Assembly: GCA_026936335.1 (NCBI GenBank)
Contig: JAPMXV010000067.1
Coordinates: 1-64,000, forward strand
Direction: 5' to 3'
DNA length: 64,000 bases
Source of the DNA: Mantamonas sphyraenae STR306
Taxonomy: Eukaryota; Protista; CRuMs
Shown here one piece after another: positions 59,635 to 64,000 of this stretch; within the stretch, counting starts at the first letter, position 1, and each line of letters opens with the position of its first letter. Under the pieces are notes generated by a model. It was not told where the DNA came from. It searched no databases and saw only the letters and a list, made by a program, of their open reading frames with translations. The translations under genes were made by a program, and so were the position numbers.

Positions 59635-60567
59635 TCACTTGCCTGTGAACACAGGATCACGCTTGGCCTTGATGGCAGTCAGGCCTTCTTGCATGTCCTG
59701 AGTGGCATAGGAGTGAGCCTGACTGTCGGCCTCACGCCACAGGGCACGCTCCAAGGCACCATCCTCTTGCCCCATGCGCAGCGATCGCACACAGGCCTTG
59801 ACAGCCACAGGCCCACTCTGGGAAATGTCTCGTGCCATGGCCAGCGTGGTGTCCAACACCTGCGACGGTTCCACAGCCTGCAGGACCAGCCCCAGACGCT
59901 CGGCCTCCACACCATCAACCAACTCGCCCGTGAGCAGCAGACGGGCAGCAATCTGCGGTCCAACCACAGTGGGCAGGAAGTAGGTGACTCCCATGCCCGG
60001 ATGGAGACCCAATCGAGTAAAGTTGAAGCCGATGCGGGCCTTGGTGGAGGCGATGCGGATGTCGGTGGCCATGGCAAGACATGCGCCTGCACCCACGGCG
60101 TGGCCGTTCATGGCCGCCAACACAGGCACTGGAAGGGTACGCACACAGAGGAAGGATTGGTAGAAATCGCGCATGACCATGGTGTTGTGCAGGGGGTTGT
60201 CCTGGGTGCGGTCCCACAGAAACTCAAGGTCGCCGCCAGCAGAGAACCCGGCCCCCTCTCCGGTCAGCACCACAGCACGCACGCCATTGCCATCCTTGGC
60301 CTCACGTGCCACAGTGTCCACCACCTGTGTAAACTCGGCCGCCATGGCCTGTGACAGTGCATTCAGCTGCTTGGGGCGATTCAGTGTGATGACACTGACC
60401 CCGGTCTCCCGACCCTCGTCGTCCACATCTTTGCTCAGTTTCACCAGTTGTGTCTCCTCTGTGGCCATCATTGCCCTTGAGGACACTGCAAAGGAGCGTG
60501 TGGTCATGCCAAGGCCCACCGCAGCCATTGTCGTTGTCGCTTTGGCACCTGCTGCCCGCTGGAACAT
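59635..60567 (-). CDS. Enoyl-CoA hydratase/isomerase (crotonase family), probably mitochondrial
   Basis: Motifs ITLNRPKQLNALS, LTGEGAGFSAGGDL, PVLAAMNGHAVGAG, DIRIA, LGLHPGMG, EAERLGLV, EGLTAIKAKRDPVFTGK. Transit-peptide-like N-terminus. Confidence 0.95.
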   Translation of the reverse strand: MFQRAAGAKATTTMAAVGLGMTTRSFAVSSRAMMATEETQLVKLSKDVDDEGRETGVSVITLNRPKQLNALSQAMAAEFTQVVDTVAREAKDGNGVRAVVLTGEGAGFSAGGDLEFLWDRTQDNPLHNTMVMRDFYQSFLCVRTLPVPVLAAMNGHAVGAGACLAMATDIRIASTKARIGFNFTRLGLHPGMGVTYFLPTVVGPQIAARLLLTGELVDGVEAERLGLVLQAVEPSQVLDTTLAMARDISQSGPVAVKACVRSLRMGQEDGALERALWREADSQAHSYATQDMQEGLTAIKAKRDPVFTGK

Positions 60568-60607
60568 CTTGTGAGGATTGCGCTGCCCCCCACGACGCAA
60601 AAGAGAG
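60568..60607. promoter_or_regulatory. 40-bp divergent spacer (enoyl-CoA hydratase / YEATS gene), candidate bidirectional promoter
   Basis: Only 40 bp separate the two inferred head-to-head start codons. Contains TTGCGC. Confidence 0.45.
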
Positions 60608-62323
60608 ATGAGCCAACGGCGTGTGGAGGGAACGGAGGCGGAGGAGAGGGACAATGGAGATGGAGGCCGGTGGAGCCACACGGGCACACAAACGTTGCCT
60701 GTGCATGTGACGATGGCCAGCGAGGAGCGAGAAGAGGTGGAGGTGACGACGGGAGGCAAGCGAAGGCTGCTCAGCCTCCCCTGCGGACAGGAAGCGTTGA
60801 AACGCATGCGTGTAGCCCTTACGAGGCAGATTGGCAACGAAGTGGAACACAGACGCAGGGAACGGAACCTGATCACCATGCGTCTTGAGCTGTGCACACG
60901 CCAGCTGCACGAATTGCTTCGCTTCCACTTTGACTGGCAACGCCAGTCCATGGACGACGACAGAGTCATCCAACAGGCACGCAGACTGCTCTTTGATTGC
61001 CACCGTGGCCAGTTTTACCAGTAAGCGCGGGGGGGGTTAATGGGGGGTGTGTGGAAAGAAGGTGAGCGATGACGGATTTGGAGGTTCCTGACACGCTCCT
61101 CAAGGCTTTCCTGTCCCATCTGCAAGCGCTACGACTTTGTTGATGCCACAGCACTTCTTGTACATTGTTCGACGGTGCATCAGACACGGTTCCACTCGAT
61201 GGACACAGCACTGTCTGCATGCGGACGTCCGGTGCCTGAGTCACGCGTTCCTGCAGAGCACCCGTGCCGCTCCAGCACACGACCGCTGCTGTTTCGCAGT
61301 CTGGCTGCCCAGTGGTTGGTGCATCTCAAGGCACATGAGCACAGGATAGGCGTGCCCCAACCCACTGTGACTGCCACTTGGAAGACACGGGCAGAAGACG
61401 CCAGCGAGTACGCCAGCGACGAACCGCAGCTGACCCCAGCCCTCCTGGCCCAAGGGGCCACAGAAGAGGACACATGGGGTGTCGACACTCTTGCCAGGCA
61501 GCTTGCGGGCCATTCGAACACAGATGCAAAAGGGGATGACAACGACGACGAGGACGACGACTGTGAACCGGAAGCACAGGGAAAGCACACAGGGTACAGC
61601 ACGACCACCACCAACAGCAACACGCGCACTGAAATCGACCCACGGTGGCCCACCACTCGCACGTTTGGCACTGCGTTGGAATCGGAAGCACAGATGGCAG
61701 TGGAATACCACAACCAAACGTCACGCTTCCACGTGCGCAAGCTGGTGGTGGTTGGCAGCAATGCACGACGCACAACACAAGGAGAACACACCAGGGACAC
61801 ACAGGATAGCAATAGTGGCGAAGCGGACGACAACGTGGTGACACCCATCACACACAAGTGGAGCCTGTACCTGCGTGGAACAGACGTGGAACAGGACATC
61901 GATGCATGGGTGGCCAAGGTGCGCTTCTTTCTTCACCCGTCGTATGCACCGAATGACATTGTCGACGTCACCGAGCCTCCGTTTCGCATTGCACGTCACG
62001 GCTGGGGCGACTTCAACACACGCCTGCAGATACACTTTGTCGACCCACGCAACAAGCCCATCAATCTCTACCACGACGTGCTGCTCAACCATCCCGTGCA
62101 CGAAAGTCCCTACATCCTCGAACTCGACAAGCAATGGTTTCTCGACCGCAACCTGCTTCCCTCGCCCCCCTCCACCGATGATGCTCACACAGACCATGAC
62201 CATGACGACCATGACGGTCACACGCATGCGGGGCAACACCACACATCCTCCTCCTCCTCCTCCTCCTCTTTCTTTGACGCTGCTGACCTTGCCACAATGG
62301 CCTCGCTGGCAGCGAGTGAGTGA
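60608..62323 (+). CDS. YEATS-domain protein with N-terminal coiled coil and C2H2-type zinc finger (YEATS2/AHC1-like); join(60608..61020,61105..62323)
   Basis: A phase-2 intron GTAAGC…CCTGAC…CAAG (61021..61104) gives GQFYQ|LSCPICKRYDFVDATALLVHCSTVH…ACG. YEATS motifs RKLVVVGSNA, THKWSLYLRG, KVRFFLHPSYAPNDIV, EPPFRIARHGWGDF, NKPINLYHDV. Confidence 0.88.
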
Positions 62324-62391
62324 GTGAGACGCATGGGACGAATGAACGGTCTTGCGCCCCATCCCCACCACCCCATCCCCCGTTTCCAATC

Positions 62392-63123
62392 ATGGCGTTC
62401 CCTCTGCAGCCACTGATCATGATGCCTGTGCTGTTCTTGATGAACAAGCTGGACCTGGAGGACCCGCAGATGATTCTGTTCATTCGCATCGGGTACGGCC
62501 TGAGCGTGGCTCTGGTGATTGCCATGCACCTGTACATGCGCTCCAAGATCACGGCCAACTCAAGCAAGGACACTGTGATGGTGCCCAAGACCGACGAGAT
62601 GGGCCAGGTGCCCGACCCCAAGGACACAGAGCCCATCACCGTGCCCGAGTACGACATGCGCGAGTGGAAAAAGGGCGTCCAGCAGGCCGGCATGGGCATG
62701 CTCATCACCCTCTTTATCTCCTACCAGTGGGGTGCCATCCGCCCGCTTTTCCTCCAGGCTGTAAGCATGCCCGTCACCCTCTTGTCCAACAAGCTGGCCC
62801 GCATTTACCTCTTGGGCCAGGACCCCAAGGACAACAAGGACCTCAAGCGCCCCTTTGTCGTCGAGGGCTTCATGGACAACCTCAAGAAGCAGATGGAGGA
62901 GATGGATCCCAACGGTGACAACAAGGATGCCGCCAAGAAGATCACCAACAAGGGCAAGTCCCGTGGGGCAAAGGGAAGCCGCGCCGAACTGCTCAAGCGC
63001 GCCAAGAAGGGCGACAACGACGACGACGACGCAAACGACAACGACAACGACAACGACGACACCCAGCAGGACGAACAGGACGACGACTCTGCCGACCAGG
63101 CCGACACCAAGAAGGACAAGTGA
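62392..63123 (+). CDS. Pho88/SND3 family ER membrane protein
   Basis: Motifs KLDLEDP…IRIGY, ITVPEYDMRE, WGAIRPLFLQAV, LARIYLLG…DLKRPF. Acidic C-terminal tail. Confidence 0.88.
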   Translation: MAFPLQPLIMMPVLFLMNKLDLEDPQMILFIRIGYGLSVALVIAMHLYMRSKITANSSKDTVMVPKTDEMGQVPDPKDTEPITVPEYDMREWKKGVQQAGMGMLITLFISYQWGAIRPLFLQAVSMPVTLLSNKLARIYLLGQDPKDNKDLKRPFVVEGFMDNLKKQMEEMDPNGDNKDAAKKITNKGKSRGAKGSRAELLKRAKKGDNDDDDANDNDNDNDDTQQDEQDDDSADQADTKKDK

Positions 63124-63242
63124 GCACGCATTGCGCAGGGAGAAGAAGAGCCGGAACGGAATCTGCCGAAAACAATCCATTCCTTCTTCCCACCAGACAC
63201 GCCACGTCATCAGTCATGGCGACCACAACCCCAGCCCGTGTT

Positions 63243-64000
63243 TCATTCCCACCTCCGCAGCATTTCCCCATTCATCGACACCACGTTCCGGATTTTCTTG
63301 TCACTCCATCCGATGCGAGCAAGGTCGCTGCAGCTGCCAAAGCGCCCGCCTGCTCGCTGGTCGACAATCCGTTGCGCCGTCTTGGCTCCCACTGCATGCA
63401 GACGCATCAGCTCCTTACAGCTGGCCGTGTTCAACAGCTGCACCAGCATAGGACCCACACTCACCTGTGTGTGCATGTGTCAGTTCAGTGTGTCGACACT
63501 CACCCCCCACCCCCCCGCACCCCATTTCTACTTCCCTCAAGTGGAAACACCCCTTCACACACTTACCACCAATTGTGCATACAAGGCATCCGCCTCCTCC
63601 TCCTCCCTCGTTTTCACCTTGCTTTTGCTTCCTTTGCTGCGTTTCCGTGCCTGCTTGACTGCCTTGATCTTGCCCACATCCACCACCACCCCATCCACAA
63701 AATCATCATCATCATCCTCATCCTCGCCATACCCATCCTCTCCGTGTGCCTCCGGTGTCCACTCTCCATCCCCGTCTTCCTCCTGCACATCGCTCCACGA
63801 GCGTTTGAACAGCTTCCTCGACTGCAACGGCGAGTCTGTCGCCACCACCGCATTGGCCCCTGCGTTCTCCTTGTCCACCCCCACCATCCACTGCTGCTGT
63901 TGCTGCTGCACACCTCCCGTTCGATGTGCATCCCTCTTTTGTGCCTTGAGCTCCCTGCGCCATGTGTCCAGCTTCGCCTTGAGTTTGCGGTTGTTTGGCA
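63243..64000 (-). CDS. 3' end of a gene with a C-terminal helix-hairpin-helix domain, KIF22/kinesin-10-like tail (5'-partial); exons 63567..>64000 and 63243..63464
   Basis: LLNTASCKELMRLHAVGAKTAQRIVDQR…FGSCSDLARIG is an HhH motif. Phase-0 intron GTAAGT…CAG at 63465..63566. The motor domain is not in this window, so the kinesin identity is inferred. Confidence 0.65.

Noticed and set aside
1-64000. tRNA, rRNA, vault RNA, telomerase RNA or snoRNA genes
   Set aside because: None recognisable by eye, and there is little intergenic space. tRNAscan-SE and Infernal would be needed to exclude small RNAs in introns or at 35189-35603.

Overview
This is the left end of a linear eukaryotic chromosome, starting with about 220 bp of (CCCTAA)n telomere. 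The genome is GC-rich, extremely compact and intron-poor, most likely from a protist; I cannot assign the species from sequence alone. An accessory subtelomeric block (about 0.9-28.4 kb) holds three genes: an unrecognised ~1080-aa protein built from four copies of a ~170-aa domain, a 19-repeat LRR/ankyrin protein with an F-box-like tail, and a ~7066-aa secreted protein (12 SBBP-type beta-propellers, about 16 Ig/cadherin-like domains, C-terminal beta-solenoid). A housekeeping block follows: listerin/LTN1, an SVOP-like MFS transporter, a SelW-like selenoprotein (in-frame UGA in CxxU, missed by the ORF track), quinone oxidoreductase, ELYS, a hypothetical protein, ES1/GATD3, an F-box/WD40 protein, TEP1, a fatty acid elongase, Grx3/PICOT, a KANSL1-like protein, enoyl-CoA hydratase, a YEATS/AHC1-like protein, Pho88/SND3 and the 3' end of a KIF22-like gene. 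Genes alternate orientation almost strictly, with spacers of 16-123 bp. The + strand C/G skew forms domains that ignore gene orientation and flips inside the giant ORF. All splice models and family calls were made by eye, with no database searches.
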